Origin: a virus
Lineage: Duplodnaviria; Caudoviricetes
DNA: 41,069 bases
IMG/VR virus record: IMGVR_UViG_3300043173_000170
Location: 1 to 41,069 of that record
Strand: one strand, 5' to 3'
Of the stretch, positions 19,465 to 28,062 are shown in pieces. A program made the position numbers and the translations under genes. Below the pieces are notes generated by a model. That model did not search any database, was not told the DNA's origin, and worked only from the letters and a program-made list of their open reading frames with translations. The stretch's first letter is position 1, and each line of letters opens with the position of its first letter.

Positions 19465-20417
19465 GTTGTACTGTCCGTAATCAAGCCAAGTGCAGCTAAT
19501 TTAGTTAATAAATCCGCTAATGCGGCATTACCTCCTCTTGAACCCTGAATATCTGGAACACTAACGGGAGTAAATGTAGCAGCACTTACATCACCGGCAA
19601 ATATTCCGTCTTTCCATTTATTAGCAGAAGCCCCTAAATCAATAGCATTATTATTATCTATTGAATCTGAATCTGATATTGTATTTGATTTAATTGGAAC
19701 AATAGCGGCAACATTTAATCCGCCTAATCCAATCTCATTTGTGTCCGATGATAATTTTGATGTGCCAGAACTTGCTGTAATGCAAAATCGTGATGGCTTA
19801 ACAGTATCGTAGTACATATATACATATCTTTGTGTTCCACGACCATGTATTGCAAATCCTCCCCCACCATCTGCTTCAGATGAATTGTATTCCCCAACCT
19901 TTGCAGCGCTTGTTAAGAAATTCGGCGCAATTAATGAATATCCTATCGACCCATCGCCAGCAAAATAATTAATATCAATTAATGGATAAGTAGAATCCCC
20001 TTGATATAAATTGGTATAGTCAGCTGTATTTGTTAATGAAGATGAATCCACTGCTATCGTTCTTTGCGAATAAAACCCTTGGAATACATTGTCTAAACCC
20101 CAAAAAACATCAGAATTAGAGCCATAAGCGCGATTTCCTGTATACCCATTTCTTGCTGTAATACTAGCGCCTGAATAAACATCATATTGGGTATAGTTCA
20201 GAGCATGAGTTGCATCACCGATATGGTATGTTGCATCTGTAACAGGAAGAAGATTCTGGATACTCTGAGTTCCAGTAAAATCTATACTGCCATCGGCATT
20301 TATTTTTCCATTATATAACTCAGTGAAGTTATCATTTATAATATCGCCACCCGATCTGCCATGAGTTCCCGTTCCATCATCAGCAGCAGTTCCTAAATTA
20401 AGTATCTGTTTCGCCAT
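19461..20417 (-). CDS. Trimeric fibre-like virion protein with T4 gp9/gp10-like N-terminal motif
   Basis: MAKQILNLGTAADDGTG...INDNFTELY; IDLGASANKWKD; GSRGGNAALADLLTKLAALGLITDSTT. Confidence 0.7.
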   Translation of the reverse strand: MAKQILNLGTAADDGTGTHGRSGGDIINDNFTELYNGKINADGSIDFTGTQSIQNLLPVTDATYHIGDATHALNYTQYDVYSGASITARNGYTGNRAYGSNSDVFWGLDNVFQGFYSQRTIAVDSSSLTNTADYTNLYQGDSTYPLIDINYFAGDGSIGYSLIAPNFLTSAAKVGEYNSSEADGGGGFAIHGRGTQRYVYMYYDTVKPSRFCITASSGTSKLSSDTNEIGLGGLNVAAIVPIKSNTISDSDSIDNNNAIDLGASANKWKDGIFAGDVSAATFTPVSVPDIQGSRGGNAALADLLTKLAALGLITDSTT

Positions 20418-20895
20418 GCGCCTTTATTCCCGTTATATACCCTTCTTTATCACGAATGAACTTAAAATCCCAATCTGTTATCTTCTTATCTGATTCAATG
20501 CTTATATTTGAAATCTGAAAGGCTAAATCATCCAGAATGTCTTTCAGACTGTTTGTGTTTAATTCAACATCAGGTAATTTAATCTCAGGAATCTTTATGA
20601 TTGATATTTTACTTCCTAATCCTTCGATAACCTTTTTTATATCTAATGTATTCTTATTGACTGAATTAGCTAGAAACTTTAATCCATTATCTTGACTTAT
20701 ATCATGTAAATACTGTTTCTTCGCATCCCTTTGTTGTTTATCGGTTAATCCTTTGTATTCTTCGCTATTAACAACTTCAGACCATGATTTAATGATAATT
20801 CCTGGATACTGTAACTTTGCAGCACGCTTTTCATCTGCATTAAGACTTTTATAAGCCTTTGATTTAGTTACATCTAGCCATGATCTTAGTTCCAT
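20398..20895 (-). CDS. Hypothetical protein with tandem N-terminal repeat
   Basis: Two copies of SWxxVxxSxxYKxLxxxxxRxAKxQY; C-terminal WDFKFIRDKEGYI hairpin. Confidence 0.7.
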   Translation of the reverse strand: MELRSWLDVTKSKAYKSLNADEKRAAKLQYPGIIIKSWSEVVNSEEYKGLTDKQQRDAKKQYLHDISQDNGLKFLANSVNKNTLDIKKVIEGLGSKISIIKIPEIKLPDVELNTNSLKDILDDLAFQISNISIESDKKITDWDFKFIRDKEGYITGIKAHGETDT

Positions 20896-22733
20896 AACTT
20901 GCTGTGATCCTTATCGTTCTCCATACCGATAGATGCAAATTTATATTTAGCCTCTGCTTCAGTTGCAGCAGCTTTAGCAATAGTAGCTTCGGCCGTCTTA
21001 ATAGTAGCCTCTGACTTGATCTTATCCGCTTCTAATTCAGCCATCTGAACCTGTTGTTCAGCATTAGGTGGTGGTGGATTGTTTTGATCAGGAGGCGTAA
21101 GTCGTTTTGCAATCTCATCTGATGAATCAAAGTCAAAAGACTCAATAACCTTATCCATTGCCATTGAACGTAATTCAGGACTGACCTGTACAAGCTGCAT
21201 TAGTACATCTCTTTCTTCAATACGTCTTGTAGCATAAGAAGCCCCTGTAGTAACCTGAACAGAATATTTACCCAAAGTAAGATCGTTTAATATTGCAGGC
21301 TGCCCTTGCCCATCAGTAATGGCTTGATTGACGTTCATATCGACTTCACCATCTGGAGTCTGAAGTCTTAAAACACGCTCTCCATCATAAATTTCAGGAA
21401 TCATCGAAACAAGCACTCTACCAACTTGCTCAATAGAGATTGCCAAATTATCGTGATAGGCGAATGTTGCATTATCGCCCTGAGACTGTCTAGCTAAGAT
21501 GGCTTTACCGCTTGTCTCATTGCCCATAGCCCCTAATGAAGCATCAAAGATACCTGTAGTACCCTTTAAATCGTCAAGCGCCATAGCAGCTTCATTAACT
21601 GCTCCCATAGGAATACCAGCGGGGGATTGACGCATTGGTGGCGGCTGGCCAGGCTTATGATTGTAAATTAAAGCCGAGAAGTTCTTGGTATTGGCATTTC
21701 GCCACATGTCTTCATGACCTTCAACCTGTTCTGCTGTGGCAAGCCACGGTGATTTGGGCGCAACACCAACCGATTCGGCAGAAGCATTACGGTGGAAGTT
21801 ATAAGCGACTTGAGCATCTTTTGAATGACGGATAACGCCACGATAGTGAGTTTTTCCTTCTTCGTGAAGCTCTTTGCCGGCAACAAAAATTAGCGGTATG
21901 TATTTTCCAGCAAACCTTTTTGGTTCTTCTAAATAATCACTTCCTGAGATAAGTGAACGATAAATCTCATGTGAAATATCTTCTCTTTGATTAATTACGG
22001 TTAATTCACCGATATTTTTAATATCTTCAACAATGGAGTTATCACTGAGCAGATAAATGGTTGTTTTTACTTCCCTTTGTTCAAAATACTCTGCAATTCT
22101 TATTTTATCTCCAAACCAGTTCTCAAATGCCTCCCCTTTGGCTTCATTCAGAGGGACGACAGAAGCATTAGGGTATTTTTTCTTGAACTCATCTTTTTCA
22201 ATGTAAGAGGCGACAAAACACCACTTCATGTCGGATTTTGTCTGTTCTTTTGCATCAGGATCAGGATAAACAGAGAATTGATTGGTAATTCTCATTATTT
22301 TACAGTCTTGGTCAAAACTTCCTTCTAAATACTCTGTTCCGACACGTATCCAGCCCCAACCGCTACCTGCGGAATGATCTAAGGCAGTTTGGTATGCAAT
22401 GGTTGCTTTAGATTCTCTTTCAATTTTATCAATGAGCTTTTCGTACAAAGGCGCATACGGAGAATCATCAACGGCAGTAACTTTAATATCTATCTTATTT
22501 TGTCGTGCATCACCCGTAACCTGATCTATAAAGCCTTCACAGCGATTAAAAGTAAGGCATGGACGACTATCTTCATCTCTTTCTTTTTTAGCTTTCTCGT
22601 TCCATTGGTCGCCATTGCGAAAACGTATATCTTCCAATGACTTAGAACGATTTTCGTCCTCATCATTTAACGCCCTAGCGAACCTTTTACGAAAAGTAAG
22701 GAATTCTTCTGCTTGTTTGACAGATTTAGCCAT
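20886..22733 (-). CDS. Portal protein (P22-like)
   Basis: DIRFRNGDQW, RPCLTFN, KDAQVAYN, NETSGKAILARQ, IPEIYD, GKYSVQVTTG. Confidence 0.95.
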   Translation of the reverse strand: MAKSVKQAEEFLTFRKRFARALNDEDENRSKSLEDIRFRNGDQWNEKAKKERDEDSRPCLTFNRCEGFIDQVTGDARQNKIDIKVTAVDDSPYAPLYEKLIDKIERESKATIAYQTALDHSAGSGWGWIRVGTEYLEGSFDQDCKIMRITNQFSVYPDPDAKEQTKSDMKWCFVASYIEKDEFKKKYPNASVVPLNEAKGEAFENWFGDKIRIAEYFEQREVKTTIYLLSDNSIVEDIKNIGELTVINQREDISHEIYRSLISGSDYLEEPKRFAGKYIPLIFVAGKELHEEGKTHYRGVIRHSKDAQVAYNFHRNASAESVGVAPKSPWLATAEQVEGHEDMWRNANTKNFSALIYNHKPGQPPPMRQSPAGIPMGAVNEAAMALDDLKGTTGIFDASLGAMGNETSGKAILARQSQGDNATFAYHDNLAISIEQVGRVLVSMIPEIYDGERVLRLQTPDGEVDMNVNQAITDGQGQPAILNDLTLGKYSVQVTTGASYATRRIEERDVLMQLVQVSPELRSMAMDKVIESFDFDSSDEIAKRLTPPDQNNPPPPNAEQQVQMAELEADKIKSEATIKTAEATIAKAAATEAEAKYKFASIGMENDKDHSKLWN

Positions 22734-22735
22734 GT

Positions 22736-23230
22736 CTAACTCTTATTGTGGATTTTTCTTAGGTTGTATTCAAGAATCTTAAATGTGTCTCTTGCAACTT
22801 CTTCAGGCGTTAAAATTATGTTTGAGTGCCTATGGATGCCTATTGGGAATTTAGGATGCTCATATCCAGAAGGATACTGCTGCAATATTAAATCAGAATA
22901 ACTTACATTATTCTTTGATAACAATAAGTCTAATTTATTAACTAAATAATATTCAAGTCCATCTCTTTTCTTTTTATTTGTATATTCACCATCAAAAAAG
23001 TATTCATTAACCATGAACATCTCAAGATCAGTTCTTGCATCAACTTGCATAAAATATGCATCCCTACCTATATCATAATCAACTATCGTTCTTATATATT
23101 CAGAATCTAATGAATTTTTGCTTTCCTTAACTATAACTTTATCTGAAGTCTTTGTTTTTCCAATAGAAGTTCCTGTTATAGATATAGCCGAAGCACCGAG
23201 CAAGCCTTGTAAAAATAATCGTCTTTTCAT
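22736..23230 (-). CDS. Hypothetical protein with twin-arginine-like N-terminus and coat-N-arm-like C-terminus
   Basis: MKRRLFLQGLLG; SNIILTPEEVARDTFKILEYNL; ATGA overlap with terL. Confidence 0.75.
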   Translation of the reverse strand: MKRRLFLQGLLGASAISITGTSIGKTKTSDKVIVKESKNSLDSEYIRTIVDYDIGRDAYFMQVDARTDLEMFMVNEYFFDGEYTNKKKRDGLEYYLVNKLDLLLSKNNVSYSDLILQQYPSGYEHPKFPIGIHRHSNIILTPEEVARDTFKILEYNLRKIHNKS

Positions 23231-24762
23231 GATAACCAGTTACCTGTAGGATTCATGTTGATTTTCTTATGCTTTTTAATCAAAGTTACTGCATGACGTA
23301 TAGATTGAACGCCCTGTCTTGAGGCTGACATAGTATCATCATCTATATCTATAATCTTTCCATCTTTCATATGATATTGCCTGTATTCTTCCCAAAAATC
23401 ACCAACCGAATCCATTACATAAAATCTTCCGTCGCTCATTCTTGTAGACATTTCAGTAATCCCTGGCATTATCTGAATACCGCCTGTTCCCTCTAATTTA
23501 TCCTCACTTGGCGGATTTGTAAAATGACTTTTATCAGGATTATCAGCATTATAGAACATATTTACACCTGCTTTCAAATACTGGTCTTTTGTTGACTCGC
23601 CCTGTCCTGTGATTTTATTACCATCGTGAGGCCATATAACAGGAATAACATCTGAATTAGGCTTCATAATGATGTATGAGGCTATCTCTGGAATCTCCTT
23701 ACCAATTAAACGAAAACCATCATAAATATATATAATATCCATTTGCGGATCATAAGCAAGCCTTACAAATGCTGTTGGATGCGCTGTAGAGCTTAATCCA
23801 CCAAAGTCGATAGCATCAATGTATTTGAAGTATTCAGGAAATTCTTTTGATTCACACTTAAAGGATTCTTCTGCATAGGCAAAAACAAGTCCGCTACCAA
23901 GGACAGGAATACCCCTCATACGCATTTTCATCTGATAGGGAAGAATGTTTTTCTGTGCAGACAGAACCTTCTCTTTCGTTAAATGCCCTTTTCTTCCCTT
24001 TAGTGTATGAACAGTTTTAAACTCGAATTTCTCGCCTTCAACTTCTATCTCGAAGTCTTCACCAGCAACATCTTTCCACTCTGCTGTGTGCATACTCCAT
24101 TTATCCTGAACCATCTTAACGACCTTCGTCATGCCGTTTTCAGGCGTCCATGTAATCCTTATTCGTCCACCTGTTGCAATAGATGAACGCGAAGCCTGCT
24201 CTAAAATATCTTCAGGCGGTTCTTCATCTAAGTGAGTGACATCGGCTTTATGCCCCATCCATGTTGCTTTCCCCATTTCGTATGCAAGAAAGACGACTTT
24301 TGACCAGCCATCAAACTTACCATTGGTATGGTGTTTGATTCTGACGTTATAGAAGGCATCAGGAACGCCTCTTTTCTTCTGTATCTTGCCGATACATCTT
24401 TTAGGTATCCAACCAGTACCTAATTCAGCCTCCCACTCAATAGGATCACCAAATAGTTCCTTTTGAAGCAAGTCGCGTGTTTTGTCATTGTTAATACAGC
24501 CAGCAACTAAAACAATCGGATGATTGAACCTATGACCTTTGTAATTATCTGGATATTCCCCAGTTAAATCCATTGCATCATTAGCGCAACCAACATATGT
24601 TTTCCCTTGCTGATTTCCGCAGCGTAATCCTTTACTTTTTGATTTATCATCAATAAAATCCTGTTGCCATTGATATAAGTCAAGACTCCTTAGACGTTCA
24701 ACTTTAAGAAGATCACTCTTCTTCGATAAGTTCTTAAAAAGTTGTTCTCTGGCTGTACTCAT
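23227..24762 (-). CDS. terL: Terminase large subunit
   Basis: Walker A GNQQGKT, Walker B HLDEEPP, TWTP motif, nuclease AIDFG, WPHDG and DDTMSA. Confidence 0.95.
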   Translation of the reverse strand: MSTAREQLFKNLSKKSDLLKVERLRSLDLYQWQQDFIDDKSKSKGLRCGNQQGKTYVGCANDAMDLTGEYPDNYKGHRFNHPIVLVAGCINNDKTRDLLQKELFGDPIEWEAELGTGWIPKRCIGKIQKKRGVPDAFYNVRIKHHTNGKFDGWSKVVFLAYEMGKATWMGHKADVTHLDEEPPEDILEQASRSSIATGGRIRITWTPENGMTKVVKMVQDKWSMHTAEWKDVAGEDFEIEVEGEKFEFKTVHTLKGRKGHLTKEKVLSAQKNILPYQMKMRMRGIPVLGSGLVFAYAEESFKCESKEFPEYFKYIDAIDFGGLSSTAHPTAFVRLAYDPQMDIIYIYDGFRLIGKEIPEIASYIIMKPNSDVIPVIWPHDGNKITGQGESTKDQYLKAGVNMFYNADNPDKSHFTNPPSEDKLEGTGGIQIMPGITEMSTRMSDGRFYVMDSVGDFWEEYRQYHMKDGKIIDIDDDTMSASRQGVQSIRHAVTLIKKHKKINMNPTGNWLS

Positions 24763-24766
24763 TTGC

Positions 24767-25201
24767 TCATGCTTCTACATAATATCCGGCAATGGTGACG
24801 TTCACATCTGTGTCCGTTGCACTCGCCACTAATGAATTAGATGTATTAGTAATTAAAAAGAGTCCTGTTGGAGTTGCACGGTCGTTTTTAAACATATCAA
24901 GATTAACAATAGTATTTTTGTTTGTTGATAAGTCTGATGGATGCGCTTCGTATATAGTTAATGTTTCCCCAGTTGTCGCTGATCCAAATGTTTTTGATGA
25001 CGCAAGAAGAAGTCCAGTTATTACAAACATCATTCCAGATATAGCTGGTACAACCTCAAATGGCGTATCTGCCGTATCAACAAGAATGTAATAAGGCTTT
25101 GAATACTTTAGTGGTCTAACAAGTAATTCGCCATTCTTTGACACGATAGCTTTAAAGCCATCTGTATCTGCCCCCTCTATTTTAACTGCAAGCTCACCCA
25201 T
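24767..25201 (-). CDS. Putative virion beta-sandwich protein
   Basis: Beta-rich; ends VTIAGYYV; N-terminus resembles that of its neighbour. Confidence 0.5.
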   Translation of the reverse strand: MGELAVKIEGADTDGFKAIVSKNGELLVRPLKYSKPYYILVDTADTPFEVVPAISGMMFVITGLLLASSKTFGSATTGETLTIYEAHPSDLSTNKNTIVNLDMFKNDRATPTGLFLITNTSNSLVASATDTDVNVTIAGYYVEA

Positions 25202-25779
25202 TAATCTACGTGTTCAACTTCAACCAATGACCACGTAATTTTTACGCCATTAGTTGCATTTGCAGTTATTAATTTAACCGCCAAAGCTCCCCCAGGGGGA
25301 ACAATAATATTGGAAGTGGTTGATAAATGACTTGACTGATTATCAAGACTGCCAGCATGAAACATATTCCCCACTTTAGTTAGCCCTGTAAGACCTGTTG
25401 CTGATGCTGTATGATCCATACTGCCCAAAGGAACAGAAGATACTCCTATATTGCGAGAAGCCACAGCAGCAGGTAAAAAGGCTGTCTCATTTCCGATTGT
25501 TCCTACTGTTACCTCGTCAATATCTAAAATAGATGCAGCATCTAAACAATGCGACCTCATATCTGTCATGTGATAAAAGACCTGGCTTGTGTTTTGAAAC
25601 CATGCGATATAAACGCCTGCATTAGCAGTAACGCCATCTAAATCAATAGACCACACTTTGCCTGAGTTAGCATTAATGTGCCTATCTTCCTGCTCTGTCG
25701 ATGCCGAGACAATAGCCCTTCCTTGAAAGTCAACCTTCATACCATAGTCATTTACTCCTGCACTTTTAATGATTGTCAT
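25201..25779 (-). CDS. Putative virion beta-sandwich protein
   Basis: MKVDFQGRAIV, IIVPPGGALAV. Confidence 0.5.
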   Translation of the reverse strand: MTIIKSAGVNDYGMKVDFQGRAIVSASTEQEDRHINANSGKVWSIDLDGVTANAGVYIAWFQNTSQVFYHMTDMRSHCLDAASILDIDEVTVGTIGNETAFLPAAVASRNIGVSSVPLGSMDHTASATGLTGLTKVGNMFHAGSLDNQSSHLSTTSNIIVPPGGALAVKLITANATNGVKITWSLVEVEHVD

Positions 25780-26089
25780 CTTTTATTTCCTCATGTGTAA
25801 TTTCTTCGCCATGCCATTTGGACATGTATTTATTTAAAATCTTTAATTGCATATTAATTTCAATAAGCTCATCTTTTATTCTAAAATTTGATATTAATTG
25901 ATTATCTAATAAAGATTCAGCAAAAGATACAGGAAAAGGGTTGTCATCACTAATCTGTGACCCTCCCGTTTCAATTGACGCTGCTACTGTTACATCATCA
26001 ACCGATGAATTCTCGGCAGTCCCTTTAATGCGGAATACATCATAGATTCTTTGGGATATGTAATCACTAAGCGCCATAGAACCGTCCAT
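25766..26089 (-). CDS. Hypothetical protein (ISxxNPFPV motif plus coiled coil)
   Basis: Coupled to neighbours; C-terminal heptads. Confidence 0.55.
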   Translation of the reverse strand: MDGSMALSDYISQRIYDVFRIKGTAENSSVDDVTVAASIETGGSQISDDNPFPVSFAESLLDNQLISNFRIKDELIEINMQLKILNKYMSKWHGEEITHEEIKDDNH

Positions 26090-26363
26090 CCTTAGCCTGG
26101 ATTACTTCTTTTAATTCGACTTTGGTCTTATGTTTATTGAATTTATCAGTTAGATCAATGACTTGAGGCTCACCAAACCTTTTAATGGCTTCTTCTCTGC
26201 CTATTCTAACCCTGTCTCCCTTTGGATGATTAGTGAATCCACCGTTATCATTAGGGAGAGTCACGGTTTTTAATGCAGTCGCGTAGAAAGTATCTTCATC
26301 ATCAAGAACTGTGCCTGTTTCAAGGCGTTCAAGTTCTATTCTGTCGTTAATATCGGTATTCAT
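26067..26363 (-). CDS. Hypothetical protein
   Basis: Overlapping start/stop chain. Confidence 0.65.
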   Translation of the reverse strand: MNTDINDRIELERLETGTVLDDEDTFYATALKTVTLPNDNGGFTNHPKGDRVRIGREEAIKRFGEPQVIDLTDKFNKHKTKVELKEVIQAKDGRFYGA

Positions 26364-26548
26364 ACTTCAGCGCCTACTTTATTGCCAAGTTTGCGTTTAG
26401 CATCTTTAATCATCTCTGAAACAAGATATTCTAAATCAGATAAATCTTTATGTGTAAACCTTATGGATTCATTATTAACTGATATTTCACACCAACAAGG
26501 GTATTGATCTGACACTTCTCCACTTAGCTCTCCAACAACTTTATTCAT
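26360..26548 (-). CDS. Hypothetical protein
   Basis: AAGGA RBS; coupled to neighbours. Confidence 0.6.
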   Translation of the reverse strand: MNKVVGELSGEVSDQYPCWCEISVNNESIRFTHKDLSDLEYLVSEMIKDAKRKLGNKVGAEV

Positions 26549-26675
26549 TCAAAGATTCCTTAATAACCTCTAACATAGGTAATAATAAACCAAAATCACC
26601 AACATTATCAAGTATATGCTGTTCATGGTTTAATATGAACTCTGCAATCTGCTTGGCTATTTCGTCCTCAGTCAT
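26541..26675 (-). CDS. Small hypothetical protein (44 aa), not in ORF track
   Basis: MTEDEIAKQIAEF...ESLNE*; fills a gap in the operon. Confidence 0.5.
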   Translation of the reverse strand: MTEDEIAKQIAEFILNHEQHILDNVGDFGLLLPMLEVIKESLNE

Positions 26676-26845
26676 GATTTTCTTCAAGACGCTTTAGTAC
26701 TAATTTAGCCTGTGTCATCTTTTCATCATCTTCTATAGGAACGCCTCTTGCCTCATCACACCAATCATTGGCTTCCTGAATTAAATATTTTAATGCTTTT
26801 ATGATCTCTTCTCTTTCTACCTTTATTTTCTTTCCCCTAATAAGA

Positions 26846-26899
26846 TCACCACCGGCCAGGTAAGAGGGATAAGAGGGAGGGAACTCTGACCAGTGGTGA
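26846..26899 (-). ncRNA. Candidate hairpin RNA with CU-rich anti-Shine-Dalgarno loop
   Basis: 14-bp stem with two G-U pairs (minus strand only) and a 26-nt loop containing CCCUCUUA twice. Confidence 0.5.
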
Positions 26900-26909
26900 A
26901 TAACCTAGT

Positions 26910-27335
26910 TTAACTTATTTTTACCTTAAATACTCTTACGCGACCACCTGTACAAGTGTCGCGTTTTTTAGCCATTCTAACAGCTTCAGCTGCAGTACAC
27001 CCTAAATCCATTGCTGTTAAAGCATGGTCGCAACCTGATCCAATAGAACAAATCATATTAGTAATATCAATCTTCCATATTTTATGTTCGCTCGAAGTGC
27101 CGCTTCTATAAATTCTTTTATTATCAACTAGAATAACATTTACGTCAGCATCGCTATCAGACTCATCAAAATATGCCTTTATAAATCTATCATAATCACT
27201 TGCGCAACCTGTAAAGAAAAATCTTACTTCATTTACTATTCGGCATTTATTATAATTATTGTCAACGATTGTTATATCACTTGTTAATCTTGAATCATAA
27301 GCAACAATTCCGTCTCGATAAGCAATAGTGGTCAT
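26910..27335 (-). CDS. HslV/proteasome-beta-like Ntn protease
   Basis: Likely start MTTIAYRDG..AYDSR (Thr nucleophile), SIGSG, AMDLG..A.EAV..A..RD..TGG; GGAG RBS at this start. Confidence 0.8.
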   Translation of the reverse strand: MTTIAYRDGIVAYDSRLTSDITIVDNNYNKCRIVNEVRFFFTGCASDYDRFIKAYFDESDSDADVNVILVDNKRIYRSGTSSEHKIWKIDITNMICSIGSGCDHALTAMDLGCTAAEAVRMAKKRDTCTGGRVRVFKVKIS

Positions 27336-27637
27336 TAAATTAACTCCAATTTGGTTAAAATATCCCGTATCCACTGAGGATCAATCCCAATAATAACAGC
27401 ATGGGGCATATCCGTTCTTAAATAAGCTAATCCAGTCTTTCTCTTGGTTTCATTTGGATCATAGAACCTCCCTGCTTTCTTGTTAAATCGCCTCTCCACA
27501 GGCAAAAAGGCATCAGATATAGCCTTATTAACAACAGCAAACATTAATCTCTCTTCTGCTGAATCCCCTACCTGTGGCAGGATCTTCTTAATCGCCAGTT
27601 TCTTTCTTTCCAGTAAATTCAGTTCTGATGTGTTCAT
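27335..27637 (-). CDS. Hypothetical helical protein
   Basis: EERLMFAVVNKAISDA...GIDPQWIR pattern recalled from phage proteins. Confidence 0.65.
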   Translation of the reverse strand: MNTSELNLLERKKLAIKKILPQVGDSAEERLMFAVVNKAISDAFLPVERRFNKKAGRFYDPNETKRKTGLAYLRTDMPHAVIIGIDPQWIRDILTKLELI

Positions 27638-27819
27638 ATCATCACTCTCTCCGGCAGGGTTTTCGTTGCCTTCTCATACTTCGGGCAAAGGCAAAGAGGA
27701 TTGTCATCACGTTCAACAGGCCGCTGCCCATAATCCTCATCAATATATACAGTAATATCTCCATACTCTTCCTTAGCCTCTTCAAGCATCTGTATAACTT
27801 CTGTAATCAACATATCCAC
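27634..27819 (-). CDS. Hypothetical protein
   Basis: GGAGG RBS; EVIQMLEEAKEEYGD. Confidence 0.65.
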   Translation of the reverse strand: MDMLITEVIQMLEEAKEEYGDITVYIDEDYGQRPVERDDNPLCLCPKYEKATKTLPERVMI

Positions 27820-27885
27820 CCTCCCCTTAAAACACTATCCTCCCATAAACAAGAACAATGATAAATACCCAATAAGAGATAGAAA

Positions 27886-28062
27886 TTAGCCGCTATATTT
27901 AAATTTGAATCTTTTATTGTTTCTTCGATAGTTATTTTTGTTATTGGCGTCTTTCCTTTCAAATTCAGGGTGATCGAATAACCATGATACAACCCCATTC
28001 TTTTTACCAACTCGGCTTCTTTGGCGATTAACGTACAATCTTTCTTCTTTTGAGCCTTTCAT
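27886..28062 (-). CDS. Small basic protein (58 aa), not in ORF track
   Basis: GGAGAGG RBS then MKGSKEERLYVNRQRSR...FKYSG*. Confidence 0.5.
   Translation of the reverse strand: MKGSKEERLYVNRQRSRVGKKNGVVSWLFDHPEFERKDANNKNNYRRNNKRFKFKYSG

Noticed and set aside
450-25091. Many plus-strand ORFs in the late region (e.g. 450..737, 4351..4830, 14108..14494)
   Set aside because: Antisense shadows of well-supported minus-strand genes, with no RBS or motifs.
27807-28010. ORF-track 67-aa ORF
   Set aside because: TTG start without RBS. The overlapping frame 27886..28062 has ATG and a strong RBS.
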